Part shown: one piece after another, positions 49,885-62,000 of the stretch | Layout: the number at the start of each line of letters is the position of its first letter | How positions within the stretch are numbered: the first letter of the stretch is position 1 | From: Paragordius varius | Taxonomy: Eukaryota > Animalia > Nematomorpha | Assembly: GCA_964247055.1 (NCBI GenBank) | Contig: OZ176053.1 | Coordinates: 682,001-746,000 of the forward strand | DNA length: 64,000 bases | Reading direction: 5' to 3' | Notes under the pieces: generated by a model | Told to the model about the DNA's origin: nothing | The model's database searches: none | What the model saw: the letters and a program-made list of their open reading frames with translations, nothing else | Position numbers and translations under genes: made by a program

Positions 49885-50049
49885 TTAGCCTTTGACTGTG
49901 ATAGTGTCCCAAGGTTTGACACCCCTGACCTGATAAGAGGGCACATCATACAACACATCAGTATAAAGCTCTTCAAGCGGGGGTTCAGGATCTGACGTTG
50001 CTTTAGCTGTATCGTCCGCTATTTGTTTGCGGACATCTCCATCAATTTT
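49885..50049 (-). CDS. PDHA1: Terminal exon of pyruvate dehydrogenase E1 alpha (copy 2)
   Basis: Identical 54-aa peptide; CTGTTCAG acceptor. Confidence 0.85.
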   Translation of the reverse strand, partial: KIDGDVRKQIADDTAKATSDPEPPLEELYTDVLYDVPSYQVRGVKPWDTITVKG

Positions 50050-53000
50050 CTGAACAGTTAAAACGGAAAAAAAGAGTTAAAATTTTTCAGAGAAAATTGA
50101 AAACATACATTAGAGGGTTAAAAAGATTCAAAAATATATCATATTATAACAGTTTTTTATATATTTAAAGAAAAAACTCTGCATATTGAATTACAAATTT
50201 ATATTCATGAATATTTTTGCAAACGAGAAAATTAAAGTTTCTGAATATTTGTATTAAAAAAGAAACCTCAACGCCAATAAAATTATAACTTTGTTAAATA
50301 ATGCCAAAACTCAAATAATTAAATTCATAAATTTTGTTGTAAAAATAAATTTATAATAAATTTTTCATCGTCTTTCAGGAGTTTATATAAAATGAACCAA
50401 AAAATACTTTTATAGCATAAGATGTATCTTGTCATTCTACAATCTTTACATTAATTCCCATCTCATGAACAATATGGGTGAAATCGAAATCATTGGCAAT
50501 CGAGTCAAATTTACATGCAAGCCTAAAACGAACTAGTGATATTCAGCTGATATGAAGTTGTGCGCTCCATGTGTAAAATTTAATACAAAATTATTTAATG
50601 GAAATACAGTATAAGGCACACCCATATAATTTATATTAAGCTATTTCAACGAATTCTGCTGATTAAATAGGTATAGAGAGCATATAATAAGGAATTTACT
50701 TAGTGAATTTAATCAGAAATATTTAAAAAGACAATCTCAAAGATGAGCTTCGGTTTCATAACTTTCACACTTTGTTTATGTTAACGCTTGAAAACTAAAA
50801 ATTAATATATAGATGTATTGAGTGATTTGAGCGCCTATTATCGCAATTTTAAATAAATTTATATGGGAAAGATGGCTAGAAACATAAATTTGAAGGCTTC
50901 AGGCCTTCTTCTCAAATGGCGATCAGAAATGGGAACGTGAATGAAGACTAGCAACCAGGGATTGCAAGAACGAATGCTGCCCATTACGAGGTAAATGTAT
51001 TATTTAGGTTGATTGGGACAAACTATCGAAGAAAGTCGTTTATTGCGGAGCTTTGGAAGCATGTTACTGATCCAGAAGCCCTCAAGATATCGAATGGCGG
51101 GGAGTTGGAAGTGGCCTATCCATGGGAGGAAATATGGCCAAGAGACAGGAGGGAAAAGGATTCTACGGATCTCGAGGTAAATATAATATTTAGGTGTTGA
51201 TTGGCTTAGTGGGGAGGTGTTTCTTGTTGGGCTTGTGAGCCACGATGGACAGCGAGCCTTGGTCAGGTCCTTACTGCAACAAGTTACGTGCTAGTTCGGG
51301 AGGATTTGGATGCAACCAAACTCTCTTGTGGGAGAACATTTCCTCCTTTGGGGAAAATCGACTCTTGTTATGTTGAGAGAGTTGTTTTCTCCAAACGTGT
51401 GATGGAGGTTTTATTTCGCCCATTGGAGAATCAGACCTCTAAGTCCAAAACTTCATTTTGAGCACTCATACACCCGGACGCTCAAAATGAAGTTTTGGAC
51501 TTAGAATATTTTTTAATTTTTTTTTCTCGCCCTTTGGGGAGGGGGGGTGTTATGTATATTTATTGATATTTTTTAATTTTTTATCAAAAAAACATAACAA
51601 AATAATAAATCAAACATTATCATCATTTATTAAATGTTATTATATAAATTATTCATTTAAATTGTTTCATATTCATTCTTGTTTAGTTGCGTTTTGTTTC
51701 TTGTCTTCTAATTCTCAGTTTTGTATTCTAAAAATTAAAAAATATTATGGTAATAAAATTAGCATACAAATCTACTAATTTAAAACACAAAATTTTAGGA
51801 TTATTTAAAACTTATAAAAATAATAAAACTCTTTCATTTCTAAAAACAAAAATCATTTCAATCAACACCGTTGTAAAAAAAAGATACGATTCGAGTATTG
51901 GGTTGACAAATAAAATTCAGATAATTTTAAATTATTTTGCTAAAATGGTATAAAATTATGAACAAAAAACACAGAATTAGAAAAAATTTAGACAGAAAGG
52001 TTGAAGGATAAAATTAAAAAGAAATGCGTGGGCCTCAGTCCTGCGGACTTCTTTAAGAAAATGAACCAACTCCAATCCCTCACCCTAACCCTAGCCCCCA
52101 AACTCATAACACTAAAAGTTATTTAACCTTATATTGGCAAAATGGTTATTTCTAATAACCCTAATATTTCATCACCTAAAAGCAATATAAATAATATCTT
52201 TAAAATTTTAGCCTGGATTTACGTTGAGAAGCACAATCATTTTTTATCCAGAGGCGACAAAATAAGAAATAAACTTATCGATGATGGAAACAATGATTTA
52301 TTTAAAAAAAAGAGTGGGTTTTAATTTTAATCAAAATGAAAATACTTCTTACCAGAAGACATGATAATTAAACTTTTATAAAGATAACACAATCAGTTAA
52401 AAAACTACATTTATTTAATAAACGAGGTAGTATCATTTTTAAAATGATTATTAAAAAATTATTTATTTAAAGGTTCGTAACAACGGCAATATTAGGGTAA
52501 ACTATAAAAATTATTTACAGTGGTGGATAATAAGTAAGATAAACCTCATGTTACCAAAAAGAAAGTTAAAATTATTCAAAAAAAATTGATGTGAGAATAT
52601 TGTATGAATAAAAGAAAATATCGGTGGAAAAAAATATAATTATTCAAAAATGAGTCATAAAATAAACAAAATAAACAGCTTTTTCTTAAAAAAACGTTAG
52701 GAGTTTATCATCGGCTTTATGAAAATTAGGATAACGATTGTGAAAAATTTTATTTTATCTGTCCTAAATAAAAACCATAAGGTGTCTTAAAATGATTTGT
52801 TTATAATAAGGTCAGTGTAATTTAATGAAAACAACGGTTATTTATTTAATTAAGAAATTTATACCACTTCCAGTTAATAGTTAAGCCAAATATTCCAGTT
52901 TTAGTTCCCACACAGAATGGGTGAGCAAAATTTTTTCTAAATAAATATATATATAATAAAGCTAAAACAAGAATAATATTATAATTTTACAAAATCTTTT

Positions 53001-53982
53001 AAAATATAAAATCTAAAAATAATCATAAATTTAGCATGTGATTTAGGAAAGAAATATTATTAATAAAGAAAATAGCAAATAGGGTATTATAAGAATGTAT
53101 ATTAAAAAATTGGCGATTTAATAATTTCATTATTTAATAAGCAAATTTTTCCAATAAGTTTGACTTATTTTAGATTCAATCATTAATATAATTAACATTT
53201 ATCTTTAAATATCAGCTGATTTTGCGGCTTTAATATATATTAAATTCTTTTATAATTAACTCTTTCTTTCAAAAATAGTGTTAGTGAAAGAATATGTAGG
53301 AATAATTATTTAAAAACATATAGCTGCAAAATATTAAAAAGTAAAAATTAATAATTACCATCATTGGGGAAATTCAAGGTAAAATTCTTGTTTACGATTC
53401 GTTTCAGTATTGGTACAAAATAAGGAATTCACGTTCTAAATTGAATTATAGAATAAAAATATATAGTATGTTTGAGTTTTGTTATATTAATAAATAAGGT
53501 TTATTTCTTAAAAAACGATATTTTCCTTCATAAAATCACCTGTTTTTTGTTTAGATGGCTTAAATAGTTTAATTTAGCTTATTTAAGAAATCTTGTGTTT
53601 AAAACCATATAAGTATTTTACGACAATTATTAAATCAATCAAAGGTCTAAAAGTAACTTATAAAAACGGTGATATATAAAACAGCTGATTAAAGGAAGTG
53701 ATTAAATAAAAATAATGATTTAATAAAAACAACCGATTTATAAAAACTGTTATAACTGATTTAAAAAAACAACTGAATAAAATGATTTAAAAAAATGAAT
53801 AAAAACAACTGATTAATAAAAACAACTGATATATAAAACAACTGATATATATTAAACCCGATTGAATAAAAACAACTGTTTAATAACACATCTAATTAAA
53901 GAAAACAACTGGCTTAAATGATCGATAAAAACAGCTGATTAAATTATTTAACAAACAGCTGTTTTAAAACAACCGACTTTAA

Positions 53983-54547
53983 CACTTGGATACAACACAC
54001 TCATTTTAGTCCTTCGATTCAAATTGGGGTAGTTAAATGCCCCAGGCCTGTTTAAAATCAAATACTTTAAAAACTATGGAAGCAATCGAAACCATGGCAA
54101 AATTTTGCACTTAGATAACATTAATAAACCGAAATATATAAAAAATTTTATTCAAAAATACTTGATTTACTTATTTAGAGCTAAAACTGAAAGGTAAAAA
54201 TTTAGTCAACGTGACATGTGTCAAATTGCAAAATTAAAAAATAATACAAAATAAACCGCTTTTTCTATTTCTATCTGTTAGATGTAATTTATATAAAAAA
54301 TAGCTTTAGTTTCACCCTTAAAATTAAATGAAGACGATAATATGCATTTTTATAAAATAAAAATGGCGTCGAAGTAGTTTGAGATGCAACTTTTTTTTCA
54401 AAACAAAATTTTATCATGATATTGTGGCATATTTATATAATATTTATCAGGATAGAAGCATAAATTTGAATTGGGACCGTTTCCTTTAGTTTTTTTAAAA
54501 ATTTTAATTTAAATGTCTGGGGTATTTAGATACCCCAATTTGAATCG
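53983..54547 (+). mobile_element. piggyBac-type MITE copy in unit 2, terminal AAGTG lost
   Basis: Same left flank as the 31508 copy; ends GAATCG|TTAA. Confidence 0.8.
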
Positions 54548-55922
54548 TTAAAAATAATTGACTGAATAAAAACAACTGATTAATAAAAATTATAAAAACA
54601 ACTGATTAAATAAAAATTATAAAAACAACAGATTTATAATAATATAAAAAAACAACAGAATTACGATTGATTATAAAAACAGGTGATTTAAAAAAACAGC
54701 TGATTTTGATAAAAACAACTGACAAGAACAAATGATTAATAAAGACAAAATAAAGGCAAAAGATTAAAGATTTATATATACAACTAATTAAATAAAAACA
54801 GCTGATGATAAATGAAAAACAGCTGATTATAAATAGCTGATTTAATTAATAATTAAATAAATATATCTGATTAATTTAAACGAATAACACTATTAAATAA
54901 AACTCATTAACAAACAACTGTTAAATAGCAATTTATAAAAACAACTTATTGAATTAAAACAAATAATAATAATAAATGAATAGAAACAAATAATAAAATG
55001 ATTCAACAACTGACTGAATAAAAACAGTTGATTAAATTAGTCAAACAGCTGACTTATAATCACAGTGATCAACTGATTAAATTAATAAATAAATAACAAT
55101 AGAAACAGCTGACTTATAAAAACAAATGGATATTCAAAACAACTGACTTATATATAGAACAGCTGAAAATAGCCGACTAAATACAACTGTTAAATATGAG
55201 AAAAAAACAATTGATTAAACAACTGTGATTAATAAAACGTTTGTAATAAAAGATCTGATTTATAAAAATTACCATATTTGGGGAAATTCAAGGTAAAATT
55301 CTTCTTTACGATTCGTTTCAGTTTTGGCGCAAATTAAGGTAAGCAATCCATGTTCTGAAATGAAATAAAGTAAATATATATACTATGTTTGAGTTTTGTT
55401 ACATTAAATAAATAAGTTTGATTTCTTAAAAAACTATATTAAGTCAAATTTTTATCGAATATTCAATCAACTGCCTTTATAAATTTTTAATATAATTAAA
55501 AAAAATAACAATTTGTTAATAAAGTCGTTTTTGCCTTCAATTGCTGTGAAACTAATTCCTTCATGAAATCACCTGTATTTTGTTAAAATGGAATATTAAA
55601 TTGTTTAATTTAGCTGATTTAAAAAATTATATATTTTAAACCATATAGGTATTTCAAAACAATTATTAAATCTATCAAAGGTTTAAAAGTAATTTAAAAA
55701 CGGTGATATATAAAAACAGCTGATTAAAGGAAGTGATTAAATAAAAATATCAAACCTGATTTATAAAAAATTGATTAAAAAAATTATATGATAAATAAAA
55801 ACATCTGGTTAAATAAAAAGATCGGATTTAACAACTGATTTATAAAACACTGATTTATAAAACACTGATTTATAAAACACTGATTTACAAAACAACTGAT
55901 TTATAAAAACAATTTATTAATA

Positions 55923-56094
55923 CAGTGGCGTATGGAGTAAAAGATTGTTAGTGCAAAATAGAATAAAAAAATGTTTTTTTTAAAAAAACAATCCTAGTTG
56001 TAAATACACATATGTATAATGTCCCCTTGTTTTTTTAAAAAAACATTTTTTTTTTCTATTTTGCACTAACAATCTTTTACTCCATACGCCACTG
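55923..56094. mobile_element. Young 172-bp MITE with near-perfect ~65-bp TIRs and TA TSD, unit 2 only
   Basis: TA|CAGTGGCGTATGGAG ... CTCCATACGCCACTG|TA. The empty site TTATTAATAAAAACAATG lies at ~33250 in unit 1. Confidence 0.92.
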
Positions 56095-59000
56095 TAAAAA
56101 CAATGAACACAACAGACTAATAAAAACTAATTGATATAAACAACTGATTGATAAAAATTTAAAAAAACAATTAACAACTGATTAAACAAAAGAAATGATT
56201 TAATTAAAACTGATAAAATAAATATAACTGTCTTATAAGAACAAATGATTAATAAAGACAAAATAAAGACAAGTGATTAACGACTGACTTATAAATACAA
56301 CTAATTTAAAAAACAGCTGACGATAAAACAGCTGATTATGTACAGAAATAAAAATAACTATTATTTAAAACAAATAACAATTGATAAAAAACAGCTAATT
56401 AAATAATAATTAAATAAAAATAATTGATTAATTTAAACAATTTACAACTAGTTAATTTAAACAATTAGCAACTGATTAAATAACAACTGATTCAATAAAA
56501 ACCGTTTTTAAAAACAGCTGACTTAAAAAAAATGATTAATCAACTGACGGATAAATACAACTAATATAAAACAGCAGACTAAATACAATGATTATATAAT
56601 AACAGCTGGTTAAAAAACAATTGATTAAATAAAAACTACTGATTAATAAAAACGAATAACAACTGATGAAATAAAACAACTGTTAACTGTTAAAAAAAAC
56701 AACTGTAAACTAATTAAATTAAAACACCTGATTAAATAAAAAATCTGATAAACAACTGTAAAAACTGAATAATTAAAAATTCTGATAACAACCTGTTGTA
56801 CAACATAAAAAAATATAAACAGCTGATTAGAAACAATTAATATTCTTATAATATTAACGTTTGCTTTTTTATAAAACAACCGCATTTTTGATGACTTTTT
56901 AAAAAGAAAGCGCAATTTTAGGAATTTTTTTGAAAAAGGCATATTTTTAGTAATTTTTTAATAAAGAAAACCCATTTTTTAGTGATTTTTTAATGATAAC
57001 TATTGACATTTTTAGTATTTTTTTTAAAAAAGCGTAATTTTTGCCATTTTTTATATAAATAACCGCATTTTTATTGATTTTTCTATAAAAAAAAGGACAT
57101 TTTTTACTGAATTATTAATAAAAAAGGCTGCCCATTTTTTAGTGATTTTTTAATAAAAAAAGGTTTTTCTTAGTGATTTTTTAAAAAGAAAGCGTATTTT
57201 TGTAATAACCGCATTTTTATTGATATTTTTAATAAAAAAATAAAAAAGGACATTTTTAGATATTTTTTTAATAAAAAAATAAAAAAGGACATTTTTAGAT
57301 ATTTTTTTAATAAAAAAATAAAAAAGCACATTTTTAGATATTTTTTTAATAAAAAAAACTCATTTTTTAATGATTTTTTAATTAAAAAAGGACATTTCTA
57401 GTGAATTTTTAATAAAGAAAACCCATTTTTATGTTTTAATTAAAAAAAGGACATATTTAGAGATATATTTATAGCAAAACCTCATTTTTAGTAATTTTTT
57501 AATAAAGAAAACTTATTTTCATTAGTGACTCTCGATCAAAGAAAGCCCTTTTTTAATGATTTTATAATAAAAAAAAGGACATTTAAAATTTTTAATAGAG
57601 AAAGCCCATTTTCAGCGATTTTTTAATTAAAGGGACATTTAATAAAAAAGGACATTTTTTTTAAAAGAAAGCGGATTTTTTATAAAAATAACCGCATTTT
57701 TATTGAATTTTTAATAAAGAAAACCCATTTTTAAGTTTTTTAATTAAAAAAGACATATTTAATTTTTATAGCAAAACCTCATTTTTAGTGATTTTTTAAT
57801 AAAAAAAACTTATTTTCTTTAGTGACTCTCGATCAAAGAAAGCCCATTTTTTAGTGATTTTTTAATTAAATAAAGGACATTTAAAATGTTAAATAAAAAA
57901 GGACATTTTTAGTGAATTTTTAATAAAAAAGCCCTATTTTTTAGTGATTTTTAATAGGAAAAGGGACATTTTAGTGAATTTTTAAAAAGAAAGCGTATTT
58001 TTTAAAAAATAACCGCATTTATTTATTTGTGAATAAAAAAAACCAATTTTTTTAGTGATTTTATAAAACGACATTTTTACAGATTTTTTAATAAAGAAGG
58101 CCCATTTTTTAGTGATTTTTTAACTAGAAAAAAAACATTTTAATTAGGACATTTTTAGTGAGTTTTTAATAAAAAAAAGCCCATTTTTTAGTTTATTATT
58201 AAAAAGAAGGGACACTTTTAGTGTATTTTTAATAAAAAAACGAACATTAGTCATTTTATGATAAAAAGCCCTTTCTAAGTAATATTTTTTTGGAGAAGGC
58301 ACATTTTAAAAATGTTTTAATATGTATTATTGGGTTATTTAGATGTAATTTTAAGAATTAGAAAATCAGTTCCTAATTATCATTTAACAACTTTTTGGTT
58401 TAAAATTTTTTTCCAAAAGTTGCGTTTTTAACCACATTTCTAAGCCTTTTAAAATTTTAGCTCAATTATATAGTTATTTTTTAAACAAATTTAAGGAATT
58501 TGAGATATTCAGTACACCAAAATTACGAATAGTTGGGATTTATTAGATATGGAAATATGTTTTATTTTAAATTGCAAGAAATTGAATTTGACAGGAAACA
58601 AAAAATACCACCATGCATGCAAAAATTAAAATAAACCCATGTTCTTTTTATGTTAACTTCCTATCACAAAAAAGATTATTTCAAATATATAAGAGAGGAG
58701 CTACGCATCCCTTGTTAACACAATATATAATTAAATATATTCAAATTTATTTCTTCATTTCTTCAAACGACATATATAATTTACAGGATATTTACAACAC
58801 AAAAAAAATGGTGGGTTTTTGTTTAAATTTTCCGCTAAAATTTACGAAAAAATGAAATTATTCAGTAATGTCAATAAAAAGACAAAAATAAATTAATGCA
58901 ATAACTATATGTAATACTAGAGGTTTTTAATGTAAATCGTATCTAACAGTATTTTATTACCAAAACTAGAGTGTAAATTTAATCTCAAAGTATATTTAAA

Positions 59001-62000
59001 ACATGCAAGACTTACATAAATCATAGGGGTATTGGAATAGAGCTAAGCTATTTCCCATTTCATTTCAGCATTCTCAACCATAACATTCCAATACAAAGTT
59101 TAGTTCGTTTTAATTTGTGAGAGCTATAATTTAAACAAAAATGTTTTACCATACGAAAATGTTTCCAATAAAATAGTTGCTAAAATAGCGGTTGTTTTCA
59201 GGATTCTTCGCTTGAACATATTCTCATTTTACAATATTAATTAGCTAAAATATTATTTTATAAAAAATTACTTGGTTTTTGATGCTAAAAATTAATGAAA
59301 AGATCGCACCATGTTAGCAAAATCGTAGCCGGAACAAGGCATGGGAAGTGAACATGCATGCAGGCACGCATCAAGTACCCAAAAAATAATTTTTAAAAAA
59401 AAATAAAAAATGAAAAAAGTATAAAAAATTAGGGTATATATATTCGAGAGGGAACACGTGCGTTCCCTCTCCACCAATCAAAATAAAGTGCGCATTTGCG
59501 CCTTTTCTCCCCTTCTAGAAAAATCCGTCTGTTTGTTTGTTATTGCTTTTCCCTCTCTTCTCTTATTATTCGCTTGTTTGTTTGGGCGCCTAGCTCGATC
59601 GCACATAATGTTTTCCTTTTTGTTCTCATGTGCATATATAACATTATATAAGAATATATTTTATTACAACATTGTTTTACTAGCTGGCGCCTATAAAGAT
59701 TAAAAGTGAAATTCGCAGAAAATTACATGTTAAAAAAATATGGCATATCTAAAAATTAATAATTAAAAAATATATAAATGTGATCGATGCCTATAATTAA
59801 AATTAATCTAAAATTTAAAATCAAGTTAATGATATAGGTTTATAATTGAATATTTTAACAATTATGATATATTATTTCTCTATAAAATATTTTCTACATG
59901 ATTGATTAAAGATTGTTTGATAAATTTATTTATTCAATAAACATTTTTCAACTTAATCAATTACTTAGCTTTGAATCGTATATTGTAAAATGCTAAAAAT
60001 TTATTAAATAAAATTATTAACATTGCTAATTGATAAAATTTAAAAAGATAAAAGTCCAGAAATCAAAAATCATATAAGTGTTTAATTATTATACAATAAA
60101 ATGCGATCCTTTTTCAATCCAACTAGGGTTTAAAATCAATCACAGATAATTATATTTGTATGGAAAGGTGAACATTATTAAAAGCTGCTTATTACCATAA
60201 TATATCCTAAACATTAAATTTCAAATGGGAACCAATCATATATAAGTTGTTATGATTAAGTTAGTTTTAAAACTGAACCAAAAAATGATTAATAAGGTTT
60301 TAGAATAAATTGTCACCTGTTTAGGGGAATGGGAGGTAAGAGATTGGACTTGGTTACAGCTTGGTGAAAAGGAAACATTAATTAAACATTGATATACTTT
60401 TTGTAGCATGAAGCAATACATAGTATGTAAGGTAATTTATTTTCTGAACATAAATTAATTTATAAAATGTAACAATTTTCAATTGTGAAACATTTCTATT
60501 ATTACTTAAAATCTAATGCATTATTTATGGAATATTCTCAGGACTCAAAAGCAATGATTATTATCATAAAATCGAAAATATTAATAGTATTAAGAAATTG
60601 ATTGTTTAAAAATTGAATAACGGAGATTTACCACACGACAATAGGATGAACAATTTATGATAGAAATTGGATACTCTTATCACTAATACATTATACTTCT
60701 TTTGATAAATACGGATTTATATCGGTTTCAGTCGTTTTTGGAAACTGTATAGATATTTTTATTAAAAAGCAATTGTAAGTATCAAATAGGTTAAGTTAAA
60801 AATGTTAATTATTTTAATCCTCAATTTATAGGATATACTTTAAGGTTTTCGAGTTTGTGGGCTAGGGTTAGGGTAGGGATTGGAGTTGGTTCATTTTCTT
60901 AAAGAAGTCCGCAGGACTTCCTCGGGCTGCGAAGCAGGCCGAGACCCACGCCTTCCTGTTCAAAATTTATAAAAATGATACGCCTTGTATTTATGAAAAA
61001 TAATTACTTTCTACTAATCTTATTTAAATTCTTTTAGACTAATATTAGGTAAAAATTATAACAAACTTAGGCTAGATATATTTGAGAGTTTATTGTTTGA
61101 CTAATAGTTATAAATCTATTCAAGTTTCAGCATAGAGAAACATTGGATGAAAAATTATCTTAACTATAAGTGGACTTACAAACATTACATACTATTTTAA
61201 ATAATTATTTTGACTGAATCTTATACATTTAAGAGATAGTTTCGTTTTTAAGTAAATCGGTAATTGGCCTAAAAATTAATGGCATTCAGTAATCGCTGAT
61301 TATCTCTGCTTTATATTATTAATGCTGAAATATATTTATTTACATACTATTTTAAGAATGTTTATTCCAAACTAGATCATTTGTTTTCAAAATACTAACT
61401 TGGATACACCATTTGTTAAAATGAATATTTGTTAAATAAAATCTATTAATCTCATATTTTAAAATTTAACCCTTGGATGCAATACATTTATGTAGTGATT
61501 TATTAAATTAGTAAGTTGTAGTCCCAGGACTGTGTAAAATCAAATATTTTTCAAAATATGGAACAAATCAAAATCAAAGCAAAGGTTTGCATTTGAACCA
61601 AAAGAAATTCATATTAAAACATTCCTTATTCCACCAATAAACCTTAAAACTACCTAACATGACATGTGGGCTAGCTAGATATAAAAATAATATGGAAATC
61701 ATTTCTGTCAATATTTCTAGATATCCATTTGGAAAAAAAATAAACTTAAAATTAATTTTAGATATGATTAACGTTAAAATCTAAATACAATTTTTTGTAC
61801 AAATGTTATAAAATAAAATTGGCCTAGTAGAAGTCTGGTATGGAGCTTTTCTCAGGCTGATATAAATTTTGAAGATAGAACCATATATTTTAAACCAACC
61901 CTTTCATAAATTTTCATATCTATTTATATATGGTTTATGGTCACTAGTTAAACCAATTTACAAAGTATTAATTAGTCCAAATCTTTTAAAGGGAAAGTTA

